Positions 35,480-44,856 of a stretch of DNA of 64,000 nt are shown piece after piece. The DNA is from Solirubrobacteraceae bacterium (lineage in GTDB: Bacteria > Actinomycetota > Thermoleophilia > Solirubrobacterales > Solirubrobacteraceae). Under the pieces are notes generated by a model. That model was given only the letters and a program-made list of their open reading frames with translations, was not told the origin of the DNA and ran no database searches. Made by a program: the position numbers and the translations under genes. The stretch covers positions 3,362 to 67,361 of the forward strand of contig JAXDHR010000075.1 in assembly GCA_034664425.1 (NCBI GenBank), given 5' to 3'. The first letter of the stretch is position 1; every line of letters starts with the position of its first letter.

Positions 35480-37852
35480 ATGGAGCCGCGGCACATCCTG
35501 CTGCTCACCGATCGCGACTGGACGCACCCGCAGGGCGGCGGGACCGGGACCAACCTCTACGGCCAGGTCTCGCGCTGGATCGCCTGGGGACATCGCGTCA
35601 CGGTCGTGGCCGGCACCTACCCTGGCGCCGAGCCGGTCGAGCAGCTCGCCCCCAACCTGAAGATCCATCGCATGGGCTCGCGCGTCACGGTGTTCCCGCG
35701 CGCCGCCGGCGCCGTGCTGCGCGGCCTGGCGGCGGACGCCGACGTCGTGCTCGAAGTCGTCAACGGCATCACGTTCCTGACCCCGCTGTGGCTGCGCAAG
35801 CCGTCGGTCACGCTCGTCCACCACGTCCACCGTGACCACTACGTCGCCGAGATGGGCCGCAAGGGCGTGCTCGCCGCGACCGTCGCCGAGACCCTCCCGC
35901 TGCGCCTGCTCTACCGCGAGCGGACGTTCATGACGATCTCCGAGGCGGGGCGCCGCGACCTGACCGACCTCGGCATCGATCCGGACCGCATCCACGTCGG
36001 CTACCTCGGCGTCGAGCCGCCCGCCTTCCCCGCCTCGCCGCGCTCGGCCACGCCCCGGCTGCTGTACCTCGGCCGCCTGAAGCAGTACAAGCGGATCGAG
36101 CTGCTGCTCGACGCGCTCGCGGCCGTGCCCGAAGCCCACCTCGACCTCGCCGGCGACGGCGACCACCGTCCCGCGCTCGAGGCGGAGATCGCGCGCCGCG
36201 GGCTGAGCGACCGGGTGACGCTGCACGGGCACGTCAGCGAGCAGGAGAAGGCGCGGCTGCTGTCGTCCACGTGGGTCAACCTGACCGCGTCCTCGGCCGA
36301 GGGCTGGTGCCTGACCGTGATGGAGGCGGCGATGTACGAGACGCCGAGCGCGGCGCTGCGCGTCGGCGGGCTCGCCGAGTCGATCATCCACGGCGAGACG
36401 GGCCTGCTCGCCGACGAGCCCGAGCGGCTGCCCGCGGCCGTCGTCGAGCTGGTCCGCGACCAGGCGCTGCGGGAGCGGCTCGGCCGCTCCGCGCGCGAGC
36501 GCGCGGAGACCTTCACGTGGGATCGCACCGCGGGGCGCAACCTCGCCACGCTCGAGCGCGTCGCGGGCGCGCCGGCCGCGCCGTCGCTGCGCGACCAGCT
36601 GAACGCGTCGGAGACGCTCAAGGCGGCTGGTCTGGCAGCCGCGTCGCTCGGGTCGAACGCGATCGCGCTGCTGTTCACAGTCATCTTCGCGCGGCTGCTG
36701 GGCGCGAGCGGCTACGGCTCGCTGGCCGTGCTGCTGTCGACGTTCCTGATCCTCGCCGTACCGGGCTCGGCGCTGCAGGTCGCGGTGGCGCGCGAGGTCG
36801 CGGCGGGGGCGCTCGGCACGGGCGCGCAGCTGGCGGCGACGCTGCGCCTGTGGCGCGGCCGGCTCGGCGTGGGCACCGCGCTCGTCACGCTCGCCGCCGT
36901 GCTCGCCCGCCGGCCGCTGGCCGACCTGCTGTCGGTGAGCGAGACGTGGGCGGCGGCGGCGACCGTGCCGACGGGCGCGCTGTGGCTGCTGCTCTGCGTC
37001 GAGCGCGGCGCGCTGCAGGGGCTGCACGCCTACCGGCCGGTCGCCTGGTCGATCGTGCTCGAGGCGAGCGGGCGGCTCGCCTGCGGGCTGATCCTCGTCG
37101 GCGCGGGGCTCGGCGTCACCGGCGCCTACCTCGGCACGCCGCTGTCGATGCTGCTCGCCGCGCTCGGGTTGATGTGGGCGACCCGCGGGCGGCTGGGTTC
37201 GGCGCGGGTGGATGCGGCCGACGGCCCGCGCACCGCGCTGCACGCACTCGTCGGCGACGCCTGGCCCGCGCTGCTCGGGCTGTTCCTCGTCGCCGTGCTG
37301 CAGAACATCGACGTGATCCTCGTCAAGCGACAGATCGGCGGCGACGCCGCGGGCGCCTATGCCGCGGCCGCCGTCGCCGCGAAGGCCGTCGTGTGGGTCG
37401 CGATCGGCGTCGGTCTGCACCTGCTGCCCGAGGCGACGCGGCGCTCGCGCGCGGGCCTCGACCCGCGGCCGGTGCTCGTCCGGGGCCTCGGTCTGATCGC
37501 CGTCGTGGCGGTGCCGATGCTCGCGGTCTACGCGCTGATCCCCTCGCTCGTGCTGCGGCTCGCCTTCGGCGCCGAGACCGAGCGCGCGGCGCACGCGCTC
37601 CCGCTGCTCGGGCTGGCGATGGCGCTGCTCGCCGCGGGCTACCTCGGCGTCCAGTTCATGCTGGCCCTGCGTCGCACGTCGTTCCTGCTCGCGCTCGCGC
37701 TCGCCGCCGCCGCCGAGGTCGTCCTGCTCGCGGCGATGGGCCTCGGATCGCTCGTCGACTTCGCCGCAGTGGTGCTCGCCTTGCAAGCGGTCGCGGCGAT
37801 CGCCGTGCTCACGCTCGGTCTGAGCCGCACGCGACCGCCGGTCGTGTCGTGA
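35480..37852 (+). CDS. Fusion protein: GT4 glycosyltransferase (N-terminal) + MOP/Wzx-like polysaccharide flippase (C-terminal)
   Basis: 790 aa in one uninterrupted frame. Residues 1-~370 are GT-B/GT4 (GGTGTNLY.., EGWCLTVMEAAMYETPSAALRVGGLAESIIHGETG, an E-x7-E-like motif). The remaining ~12 TM begin SNAIALLFTVIFARLLGASGYGSLAVLLS, typical of the polysaccharide biosynthesis (MOP) N-terminus. Confidence 0.8.
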   Translation: MEPRHILLLTDRDWTHPQGGGTGTNLYGQVSRWIAWGHRVTVVAGTYPGAEPVEQLAPNLKIHRMGSRVTVFPRAAGAVLRGLAADADVVLEVVNGITFLTPLWLRKPSVTLVHHVHRDHYVAEMGRKGVLAATVAETLPLRLLYRERTFMTISEAGRRDLTDLGIDPDRIHVGYLGVEPPAFPASPRSATPRLLYLGRLKQYKRIELLLDALAAVPEAHLDLAGDGDHRPALEAEIARRGLSDRVTLHGHVSEQEKARLLSSTWVNLTASSAEGWCLTVMEAAMYETPSAALRVGGLAESIIHGETGLLADEPERLPAAVVELVRDQALRERLGRSARERAETFTWDRTAGRNLATLERVAGAPAAPSLRDQLNASETLKAAGLAAASLGSNAIALLFTVIFARLLGASGYGSLAVLLSTFLILAVPGSALQVAVAREVAAGALGTGAQLAATLRLWRGRLGVGTALVTLAAVLARRPLADLLSVSETWAAAATVPTGALWLLLCVERGALQGLHAYRPVAWSIVLEASGRLACGLILVGAGLGVTGAYLGTPLSMLLAALGLMWATRGRLGSARVDAADGPRTALHALVGDAWPALLGLFLVAVLQNIDVILVKRQIGGDAAGAYAAAAVAAKAVVWVAIGVGLHLLPEATRRSRAGLDPRPVLVRGLGLIAVVAVPMLAVYALIPSLVLRLAFGAETERAAHALPLLGLAMALLAAGYLGVQFMLALRRTSFLLALALAAAAEVVLLAAMGLGSLVDFAAVVLALQAVAAIAVLTLGLSRTRPPVVS

Positions 37853-38568
37853 CGATCGCGCCGCCCGTCGAGGGCTGGCTCACCGAGGCGCAGGCGCAGC
37901 TGCTCCACGACCGTGCGGCAGGCCCGCGCACGCCCGGCGCCGTCGTCGAGATCGGCTCGTTCCGCGGGCGCTCGACGATCGTGCTCGCCCGTGCCGCCGG
38001 CGGCGTCGTGGCGATCGACCCGCACGCGGGCTCGGACCGCGGGCCGCAGGAGATCGAGGCGGACGCGAATCGGGGCGACGCCGACCACGCTGCCTTCGCC
38101 GCCAACCTCGCTGCCGCGGGCGTCGCCGACCGCGTGCGCCACGTGCGCCGCATGTCCGGCGACGCGCTCGAGGAGGTCGACGGGCCGCTCTCGCTGCTCT
38201 TCGTCGACGGCGCGCACCGCTTCGGGCCGGCGCGCGACGACATCGCGCGCTGGGGCGGCCGCGTGGCTCCGGGCGGCACGATGCTGGTCCACGACGCGTG
38301 GTCGTCGGTGGGCGTCACGGGCGCGCTGCTGGCCGAGTGCGTCTTCTCGCCGCTGTGGCGCTACCGCGGCCGGGCCGGCTCGCTCGCGGAGTTCGAGCGC
38401 GTCGGAGCGCCCACGCGGGGCGCCGCGCGGATCCGCGACGCACTGCGCCAGCTCGCGGAGCTGCCATGGTTCGCCCGCAACGTGGCGATCAAGGTGCTGG
38501 TGCTGGCTCGGCTGCGTCCGCTGGCCGAGCGGCTGGGGCTTCCGGCCGACGCACCCTGGCCGTACTGA
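37849..38568 (+). CDS. Class I SAM-dependent methyltransferase (Methyltransf_24-like)
   Basis: 239 aa from the GTG at 37849 (GTGA overlap). VVEIGSFRGRSTIVLA (motif I), LLFVDGAH and GGTMLVHD are present. Confidence 0.7.
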   Translation: MTIAPPVEGWLTEAQAQLLHDRAAGPRTPGAVVEIGSFRGRSTIVLARAAGGVVAIDPHAGSDRGPQEIEADANRGDADHAAFAANLAAAGVADRVRHVRRMSGDALEEVDGPLSLLFVDGAHRFGPARDDIARWGGRVAPGGTMLVHDAWSSVGVTGALLAECVFSPLWRYRGRAGSLAEFERVGAPTRGAARIRDALRQLAELPWFARNVAIKVLVLARLRPLAERLGLPADAPWPY

Positions 38569-41500
38569 GCCAGCGCGCGAGCGCGAACCCGAGCAGCACT
38601 ACGGCGGCGACCGTCACCCAGTGCACGGCGATGCGGTCGACGGGGTAGTTGGAGTTGAAACCGCCTTTGTCCTGGACCGGGATGACGATCGTGAGGATCG
38701 GGACCACGATCACGAGCAGCCCCGCGGCGACGGTCGCCAGCGTCCGCGCGGGCACCCCGCGCCGCAGGATCACGTAGGCGGCCGTCGCCATCAGGGGCGC
38801 CGTGCGCGCCGCGAACGCAAAGCCGAGCGCCAGCCCGATCACGACGGCGGCGACGGCGGCGCGGCGCGCCGAGAGCCGTGCCGCAGGCGGTTCGGCGGCC
38901 AGCGGTGCGGGCGGCCTGGCGTCGGCGCGCGGCCGCCGGCGCACGAGCAGCAGGGCGAGCAGCCCGAGGCAGCCGAACGCGGAGACCGCGTAGGCGATCC
39001 GGACGGCGCCGTCGGGCGCGAAGGCGAGCGACGCGGCGCGGCAGCCGGCCGGGACGCGCCAGCCCATCGCGAAGGCGTCGACGGGGCGCGCAGCGCCCAG
39101 GTCGTGCCCGTCGCATGTCGCGCTCCAGCCGCGGTCGAAGCTCTGGCCGAGCACCAGCCAACCGGGCCGGGTCACCTCCAGGCGGATGCCGGAGACGCGG
39201 TCGCGGCCCTCGTTGCCGCCGGCCAGCACGCGGCCCGGCGGCGCCGGCGGCGCGAGCGGCTCGGGCGCGGGCGAGCGCAACTGCAGCAGGTAAGGCGCCA
39301 GCCGGCCGTCGAGCGTCAGCGTGGTTCGGCCGGCCTTCAGCGCCACCGGAGATCCGCACCCGCGGACCCGCAGCGGCCGGCCGGCGTCCAGGGCGGCGAT
39401 CGACCCCGTGGCCCGCAGCGTCATCGGTTGCCCGCCCAAGGTCCCCGCCAGGTCGCCGCATCGCCCGTGCAGGCGGCCCGTACGCGGGACGTGCGCGCGC
39501 GGGACGCCGCGCCCGCTCAGCTCGGCGATCCCGACCGCCGGCCGCTGCCGGACCGACGCGGAGGCGCCGGACGCGAACGCCGCATCCAGCACCTCGAGCC
39601 GGAACGCGCGCCCGTGCAGTGGCGCGGGCAGCCGCACGCGGCCGTCGGCGGTGACCGAGAGCGGCGGCGTGACGGTGCCGTGAGCGCGCAGCCGCACCAG
39701 CGTCGGGCGCCGGACGCCGGCCGCGGGGCGAAGGCGAAGCTCACGGATCGTCGCCGCATGCGGCGCCGACCAGGCCAGCCAGGCGCCACCGGCACCCCAT
39801 GGAGCGATCCACGGGCGTGCGCCGCCGTCGAACGCGCTCGACGCGCGCCAGCCCGGCGTGTCCTGGAAGCGCCCTGAGGAGGCGAAGCGCCCGCCCGTCG
39901 TGCCGGCCAGGCGGTCGAGCGCGGGATCCGCGGTCGCGGGGCTCGCGCTCGCCCAGCCCGAGGCGGCCCAGGTCCGCGCCGTAGGCGGCGCAAACGTCCG
40001 CGCGAGCCCCGCCTCGGCGTCCCCGCGGTCGCGCAGCAGCCGCGCGCCGAGCTCCCCGCGAGACGCATCGCGGCGGAACGGGTCATCGCCCGTGGTGCGT
40101 TGGAAGACGTAGGCGAGCGGCGCATGGGCGAGCTTCCGGCCGGCGAGCGCCCGCTCGGCGAGCACGGGCGGACGCAGCGATTCGGCGACGCGCACGCCCG
40201 GGATGCGCAGCTCGCTGATCCCGCCCGCGCCGCGCGTGCCGGCAAGCGGATGATCCACGCGCTCGATGCGCACGCGCAGGCTCGTGACCGCGTGGAGCCC
40301 CAGCACGATGTGGTTCCACCCCGGGTGCACGGCAAAGCTGCGTCCGGCGATCTCGACGGCGCGCACGCGGCCGGTCGCGTCCGAGTACGGGAGCAGGTCG
40401 ATCGCGCCGACGTCACGGGGACGCTCGAAGCCGACCTCGAGCCAGTGACGCGGTGCGTCGAGCTCGCGGTCGGCGAGCCACGCGGTTCGCGGGTCGCCGT
40501 CGAGCGCGGCCGCCGGGCGGCGCTCCGGGAACTGCGGGTAGGCCGGCGACGCAGGCGCGAACACGGAGCGGACCCCGGACAAGTCGGTCACGGTCTGCGC
40601 GGCCGGGCCGAGCGTCGCCCACGGATCGAGGACCGCGGCGTCCGGCGAGGGCGGCTCGCTCGCGGTGAGGACCGCCCCGCGGTTCTGCGCCAGCGACGAG
40701 GAGACGATCACCTGGCGGCGGTTGGAGTCGGTGATCGCGATCTCGCTGCCGGCCGCTGCCGCGGTGCGGATCTCCCCCGCGCTCAGGTCGCCGGCGTAGG
40801 CGAGCCGTCCCGCCCGCGGCAGGGCGCCGGTGGCCGCGAGCCCAGCGATTCCCTCGGCGGAGCCGTCGACCACCGCCGCCGGCGTGTCGGCCTCGAGCCG
40901 CACGAGCGGCCGCGCCGACGGCCGGTCCCACGCGCGCAGCTCGGGCAGCGCGCGCGGCCGTGCCAGCGATCCCGGCGCGCGGGCGGCCGGCCGCACCGGC
41001 CCCCAGGCCGCGTCCGGCCGGCCGAGCTCGTCGAGCACGTCCGCCGCGTCGGCGGCGGGAGCGGCGCCGCTGCGGCTCGTGTCGTCGTCGGTGGCCGCGA
41101 CGACGGTGCGCGCGCTCATCAGGTCCAGCAGCGCGCCGAGCTCCCCTGGCAGCGCGCGCCGCTGCTGCACGAGGTCGTCGGCCGCCCACAGCGCGTTGAC
41201 GGCGTGCAGGTCCGCGTAGGGCACCGCGTTGCGCACGGCGACCGGGCGCCGGGTCAACGTCGGCATGACCGGATCGACCGTGCCGCCCCAGTCGTAGGCG
41301 GCGTAGAGCTGGCCCGGGAGCATCACGGCGCGCCCATCGCGCGCGGTGCGGTCGATGTGCTTCGCCGCCGCGCTCCAGGCCGGCGGGATCCGCTGCCACG
41401 TCAGCTGCGGGTCGAGCGCGTGACCCGTGATCAGTGGCCAGCAGGAGACGGCGAGCAATGCGGCGCCGAGCGCGCCCGCGGCCGGCGCCGGCCAGCGCCC

Positions 41501-42700
41501 GCGGCGGCGCAGCCCGCGCAGGGCCCAGGGCGCCGCCGCCCCGCCCAGGCAGGCGAGCGCCAGCGCGACCAGCGGCCCGGCCTTGTAGGTCGTGCGCAGG
41601 AACTGCAGCGGCGTCACGTGGTTGTAGGCGAACGTGACGCCCTTGCGCAGCGGCGTGCCCTCCGGGAAGCCGGCCGACATGATCAGCAGCCCCGCGAGCA
41701 GCAGGGCGAGCGCGAACGGCGCGTAGCGCCAGCGCCGCGACCAGCGCAGGCCCGCGATCACCAGCGCCGGCACGAGCAGCTGGCAGAGCACGACCGGCAG
41801 CGAGAACAGCAGTACGCCGCCGTCGCCGAAGTACGGGCGCATCACCCGCCCGTAGCCCACCCCGAGGTAGGAGATCCAGTAGCCCATCAGCCGCAGCGAC
41901 TCCGACAGGCTCGTGGTCGACCAGATCGTCCCGGGCTGCTCGGTGAAGCGCAGGAAGTCGACGCCGAAGCGCGCCTGGACAAGCACGGGCACCACCCACC
42001 AGGCGCTGGCGAGCAGCCCGGTGAGCGCCGCGCGCCAGGTGAACGACCACAGATCGCGCGGACGGACCCCGCCCGCCCACCACTCGTACGCGGCGAGCAG
42101 CAGCGGCCCGACGAGCACCCAGGCGGTGACGGCCGCGTTCACGCCGCCGCCGGTGACCGTCACCGCGAGCGCCAGCGCCGCGGGCCACCACCACGACCGC
42201 GGCGCCCGCGCCCCGCGGTGGACGCACAGCAGCATCCACGGGAGCGCGGCGTAGCCGAGCAGCGTCACGGATGTGCGTGCCGAGAAGACGACGACATACG
42301 GGTTGACCACGAACAGCAGCCCGGCGACGATGTGGGCGATGCTGCGCGGGCGGCCGAGCAGCGCGTCGAGCAGCCGCACGACGCCCCAGGCCCCGAGCGC
42401 CAGCAGCGCGCCGAGCCACAGCCGCTGCACGAGCCAGTCGGGCAGACCGAGCAGCCGCCCGAGTGCGAACCAGGGCGCCATCGGGAACAGGTAGCCGCTG
42501 TACTGGCCACCCTGGACGTGACCGAGGTCGGCCGTGGGCGACCACGCGGAGGCGACGTCGGCGAGGAAGCGCAGCGGATCGACGTGCAGGTCGATCTTCG
42601 TGTCCGAGCTGGTCGCGCCGGGTCGCTGGACCAGCGCCAGCGCGAACGCGAGCACGGCAAGCCCCGAGGGCACGGCGTTGTCCCGGTGGAGCCTGTGCAC
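38489..42700 (-). CDS. AftD-like (DUF3367) GT-C membrane glycosyltransferase, ~1403 aa
   Basis: N-terminal DTKIDLHVDPLRFLADVASAWSP..GHVQGGQYSGYLFPMAPWF resembles the mycobacterial AftD N-terminal signature. About 10 N-terminal TM, a ~800-aa soluble region and C-terminal TMs. Start set to the in-frame GTG at 42700 to avoid overlapping the divergent gene; the track start is 42817. Confidence 0.8.
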   Translation of the reverse strand: MHRLHRDNAVPSGLAVLAFALALVQRPGATSSDTKIDLHVDPLRFLADVASAWSPTADLGHVQGGQYSGYLFPMAPWFALGRLLGLPDWLVQRLWLGALLALGAWGVVRLLDALLGRPRSIAHIVAGLLFVVNPYVVVFSARTSVTLLGYAALPWMLLCVHRGARAPRSWWWPAALALAVTVTGGGVNAAVTAWVLVGPLLLAAYEWWAGGVRPRDLWSFTWRAALTGLLASAWWVVPVLVQARFGVDFLRFTEQPGTIWSTTSLSESLRLMGYWISYLGVGYGRVMRPYFGDGGVLLFSLPVVLCQLLVPALVIAGLRWSRRWRYAPFALALLLAGLLIMSAGFPEGTPLRKGVTFAYNHVTPLQFLRTTYKAGPLVALALACLGGAAAPWALRGLRRRGRWPAPAAGALGAALLAVSCWPLITGHALDPQLTWQRIPPAWSAAAKHIDRTARDGRAVMLPGQLYAAYDWGGTVDPVMPTLTRRPVAVRNAVPYADLHAVNALWAADDLVQQRRALPGELGALLDLMSARTVVAATDDDTSRSGAAPAADAADVLDELGRPDAAWGPVRPAARAPGSLARPRALPELRAWDRPSARPLVRLEADTPAAVVDGSAEGIAGLAATGALPRAGRLAYAGDLSAGEIRTAAAAGSEIAITDSNRRQVIVSSSLAQNRGAVLTASEPPSPDAAVLDPWATLGPAAQTVTDLSGVRSVFAPASPAYPQFPERRPAAALDGDPRTAWLADRELDAPRHWLEVGFERPRDVGAIDLLPYSDATGRVRAVEIAGRSFAVHPGWNHIVLGLHAVTSLRVRIERVDHPLAGTRGAGGISELRIPGVRVAESLRPPVLAERALAGRKLAHAPLAYVFQRTTGDDPFRRDASRGELGARLLRDRGDAEAGLARTFAPPTARTWAASGWASASPATADPALDRLAGTTGGRFASSGRFQDTPGWRASSAFDGGARPWIAPWGAGGAWLAWSAPHAATIRELRLRPAAGVRRPTLVRLRAHGTVTPPLSVTADGRVRLPAPLHGRAFRLEVLDAAFASGASASVRQRPAVGIAELSGRGVPRAHVPRTGRLHGRCGDLAGTLGGQPMTLRATGSIAALDAGRPLRVRGCGSPVALKAGRTTLTLDGRLAPYLLQLRSPAPEPLAPPAPPGRVLAGGNEGRDRVSGIRLEVTRPGWLVLGQSFDRGWSATCDGHDLGAARPVDAFAMGWRVPAGCRAASLAFAPDGAVRIAYAVSAFGCLGLLALLLVRRRPRADARPPAPLAAEPPAARLSARRAAVAAVVIGLALGFAFAARTAPLMATAAYVILRRGVPARTLATVAAGLLVIVVPILTIVIPVQDKGGFNSNYPVDRIAVHWVTVAAVVLLGFALARWLSTARVRRPEAPAARPADAAEPAPAP

Positions 42701-42746
42701 GGGCGGCGGTGAGGATACGCGGCCGCGATCCCTAGGCTGCACGGCC

Positions 42747-44156
42747 GTGCGTGCCCGCCTTCCCCTGCTCGCGGCGGTCCCCGTCCTGCTGGGACCGGCC
42801 GCGCTCGCCTTCTTCAAGGGCGGCTACTTCGACGGGCCGCGCCTGTGGGCGGCCGCGGTGGCCTGGCTGCTTGCCGGCACCGTGCTGCTGGCGGCGCCGC
42901 GGCCGCTGCCTGTGGCGCGGCCTGGACGGCTCGCGCTGGCCGGCCTGGCGGCGCTCGTGGCCTGGACCGGGCTCTCGATCCTGTGGGCGCCGGTCGCGGG
43001 TGCCGCGGTCGACAGCGCGCAGCGCGGGCTGCTCTACCTCGGTGGCCTGGTCGCGGCGGTCCCGGCGCTGCGCGATCCGCGCGTGCGGCGCGCCTGCGAG
43101 CCGGTGGTGCTCGGCGGAATCCTCGTCGCGGCGGCCTACGGGCTTTCCGAGCGGCTGTTGCCGGGCATCGTCTCGCTCGAGCAGATCGCGAGCGCCGGCG
43201 ACCGGCTCAACCAGCCGCTCACCTACTGGAATGCGATGGGCGCGCTGTGCGGCATCGGGGTCGTGCTGGCGGCCGGGCTCGTCGCCGACGCGAGCCGCCC
43301 GCGCGCCATGCGTGCTGCGGCGAGCGCCGCCGCGCCGCCGCTCGTCCTCGCGCTCTACCTCTCGCTCTCGCGCGGTGCCCTCGGCGCGACGATCGGCGGC
43401 CTTGCGGTGCTCGTGGCGGTCGCGCCGGCGCCGCGTACCGCCGCCGCGGCCGTGGTCGTCCTGCTCGCGGGGGCGATCCCCGTGCTCGCGACCGTCGCGC
43501 TGGGCGACGTCGAGCACCCGCATGGCAGCGCCGGGCAGGGCGCGGCCATGATCGGCGTGCTCGCGATCGCGATGGCGCTCGCGGCCGCCGGCGAGCGGCT
43601 GACGGAGCGCCGTCCAGCGGCTCGCGCGCCCATGCTGCGCACTGCCGCCGTCGCACTGCTTGCCGCGACCGTGATCGCCTCGGGCTTCGCCGCGGTCAAG
43701 GGTGAGAGCCGCAGCGGCGAGCTGCCGCGCGGCGCGACCGCGCAGCGGCTGGTCTCCGTCCAGAACAACCGCTTGGCCTACTGGAAGGTGGCGGCGCGCA
43801 CGTGGGCCGACCACCCCATCGACGGCATCGGCGCCGGCGGCTTCGCGGTCGCCTGGCTGCGCGAGCGCACGATCTCCGAAACCGTGCGCGATGCGCACTC
43901 GCTCTACATCGAGACGGCGGCCGAGCTGGGGATCGTCGGCGTCGCGGCGCTGGTCGCGCTGCTGATCGGCGGCGCCGGCAGCGCACGGCTGGCGCTGCGG
44001 CGCGCCGGCCCAGCCGCCGCCGGAGCGACCGCTGGCCTGGCGACCTGGACGCTGCACGCGGCGCTGGACTGGGACTGGGAGATGCCGGCGCTGACGCTCG
44101 TCGCCGTCGTCCTGCTCGCGCGGCTGATCGCCGCCGATCAGCCGGCGAACCGGTAG
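42747..44156 (+). CDS. O-antigen ligase / Wzy-like polymerase family membrane protein
   Basis: In-frame GTG at 42747 (VRARLPLLAAVPVLLGPAALAFF...). About 10 TM, with a periplasmic loop NNRLAYWKVAARTWADHPIDGIGAGGF...AHSLYIETAAELGIVG typical of Wzy_C. Confidence 0.8.
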   Translation: MRARLPLLAAVPVLLGPAALAFFKGGYFDGPRLWAAAVAWLLAGTVLLAAPRPLPVARPGRLALAGLAALVAWTGLSILWAPVAGAAVDSAQRGLLYLGGLVAAVPALRDPRVRRACEPVVLGGILVAAAYGLSERLLPGIVSLEQIASAGDRLNQPLTYWNAMGALCGIGVVLAAGLVADASRPRAMRAAASAAAPPLVLALYLSLSRGALGATIGGLAVLVAVAPAPRTAAAAVVVLLAGAIPVLATVALGDVEHPHGSAGQGAAMIGVLAIAMALAAAGERLTERRPAARAPMLRTAAVALLAATVIASGFAAVKGESRSGELPRGATAQRLVSVQNNRLAYWKVAARTWADHPIDGIGAGGFAVAWLRERTISETVRDAHSLYIETAAELGIVGVAALVALLIGGAGSARLALRRAGPAAAGATAGLATWTLHAALDWDWEMPALTLVAVVLLARLIAADQPANR

Positions 44157-44842
44157 CGCAGCAGCACCGCGACGGCGCGGAAGCCGTCACGCCAGGTGAT
44201 CTTCTTGCCCTCGGCGTAGGTGCGCCCGTAGTAGGAGACCGGGATCTCGTAGAGGCGGATGTCACCGCGGCGCAGCAGCTTCGCGGTCATCTCGGGCTCG
44301 ATGTCGAAGCCGTTCGCGGTCAGCTCGAGCCCGCGGATCAGATCGCCGCGGAACGCCTTGTAGCCGACCTCCATGTCGCTGATCGTGGTGTTGTAGAGCA
44401 CGTTGGTGAGCAGCGACAGGAAGCGGTTGCCGGCGTAGTGCCAGAAGAGGTGGGCGCGCTGCGGTTCGCCGCCGCGCAGGCGGGTCCCGTAGACCACGTC
44501 GGCCACACCGTCGAGCAGCGGCGCCACGAGCTTGGGGATGTCGGACGGGTTGTACTCGAGGTCGGCGTCCTGGATGACCACGAACTCGCCACGGGAGGCG
44601 CCGATCGCGGTGCGCACGCTCGCGCCCTTGCCGCGGTTGCGGTCGTGGCTGAGCAACCGCAGGCGGTCGCCGAGGTCCGCGCGGACGCGCTCGACGGCCG
44701 CGACGGTGCCGTCGGCCGAGCCGTCGTCGACGACGATGAGCTCGGAGTCGAGGTCGAGGGCGGCCGCGCGGCGCAGGACGTCCTCGATGGTGTCCTGCTC
44801 GTTGTAGGCAGGGACGAGCAGGCTGAAGCGAGGGCCGGGCAT
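44138..44842 (-). CDS. GT2 polyprenyl-phosphate glycosyltransferase (GtrB/Ppm1-like)
   Basis: 234 aa from the ATG at 44842. FSLLVPAYNEQDTI, VVDDGSADGT, NRGKG and IQDADLEYNP are present. Small soluble GT-A of the DPM1/GtrB type. Confidence 0.9.
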   Translation of the reverse strand: MPGPRFSLLVPAYNEQDTIEDVLRRAAALDLDSELIVVDDGSADGTVAAVERVRADLGDRLRLLSHDRNRGKGASVRTAIGASRGEFVVIQDADLEYNPSDIPKLVAPLLDGVADVVYGTRLRGGEPQRAHLFWHYAGNRFLSLLTNVLYNTTISDMEVGYKAFRGDLIRGLELTANGFDIEPEMTAKLLRRGDIRLYEIPVSYYGRTYAEGKKITWRDGFRAVAVLLRYRFAG

Positions 44843-44856
44843 CGAGGGCGGCGATC

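Noticed and set aside
35432-37786. Upstream ~785 codons of the 917-aa minus-strand ORF 35033..37786. The same applies to ORFs 36271..37848, 37913..39877, 40100..42712, 40413..42545, 49951..51750, 51861..53207 and 61340..63457.
   Set aside because: All are antisense or frame-shifted shadows of the GT4-flippase, AftD-like, membrane GT-C, Wzx, UDG and panC genes. They have RGD/RRP-rich low-information sequence and no domain motifs.
42701-42817. ATG at 42817 as the AftD-like start, and ATG at 42534 as the Wzy-like start.
   Set aside because: Using both would make the divergent genes overlap by ~280 nt. The N-terminal extensions (MKKASAAGPSRTGTAASRGRRART.. and MGDHAEATSARKRSGS..) are non-membrane, Arg-rich sequences preceding the first TM. 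The in-frame GTGs at 42700 and 42747 leave a 46-nt promoter gap.
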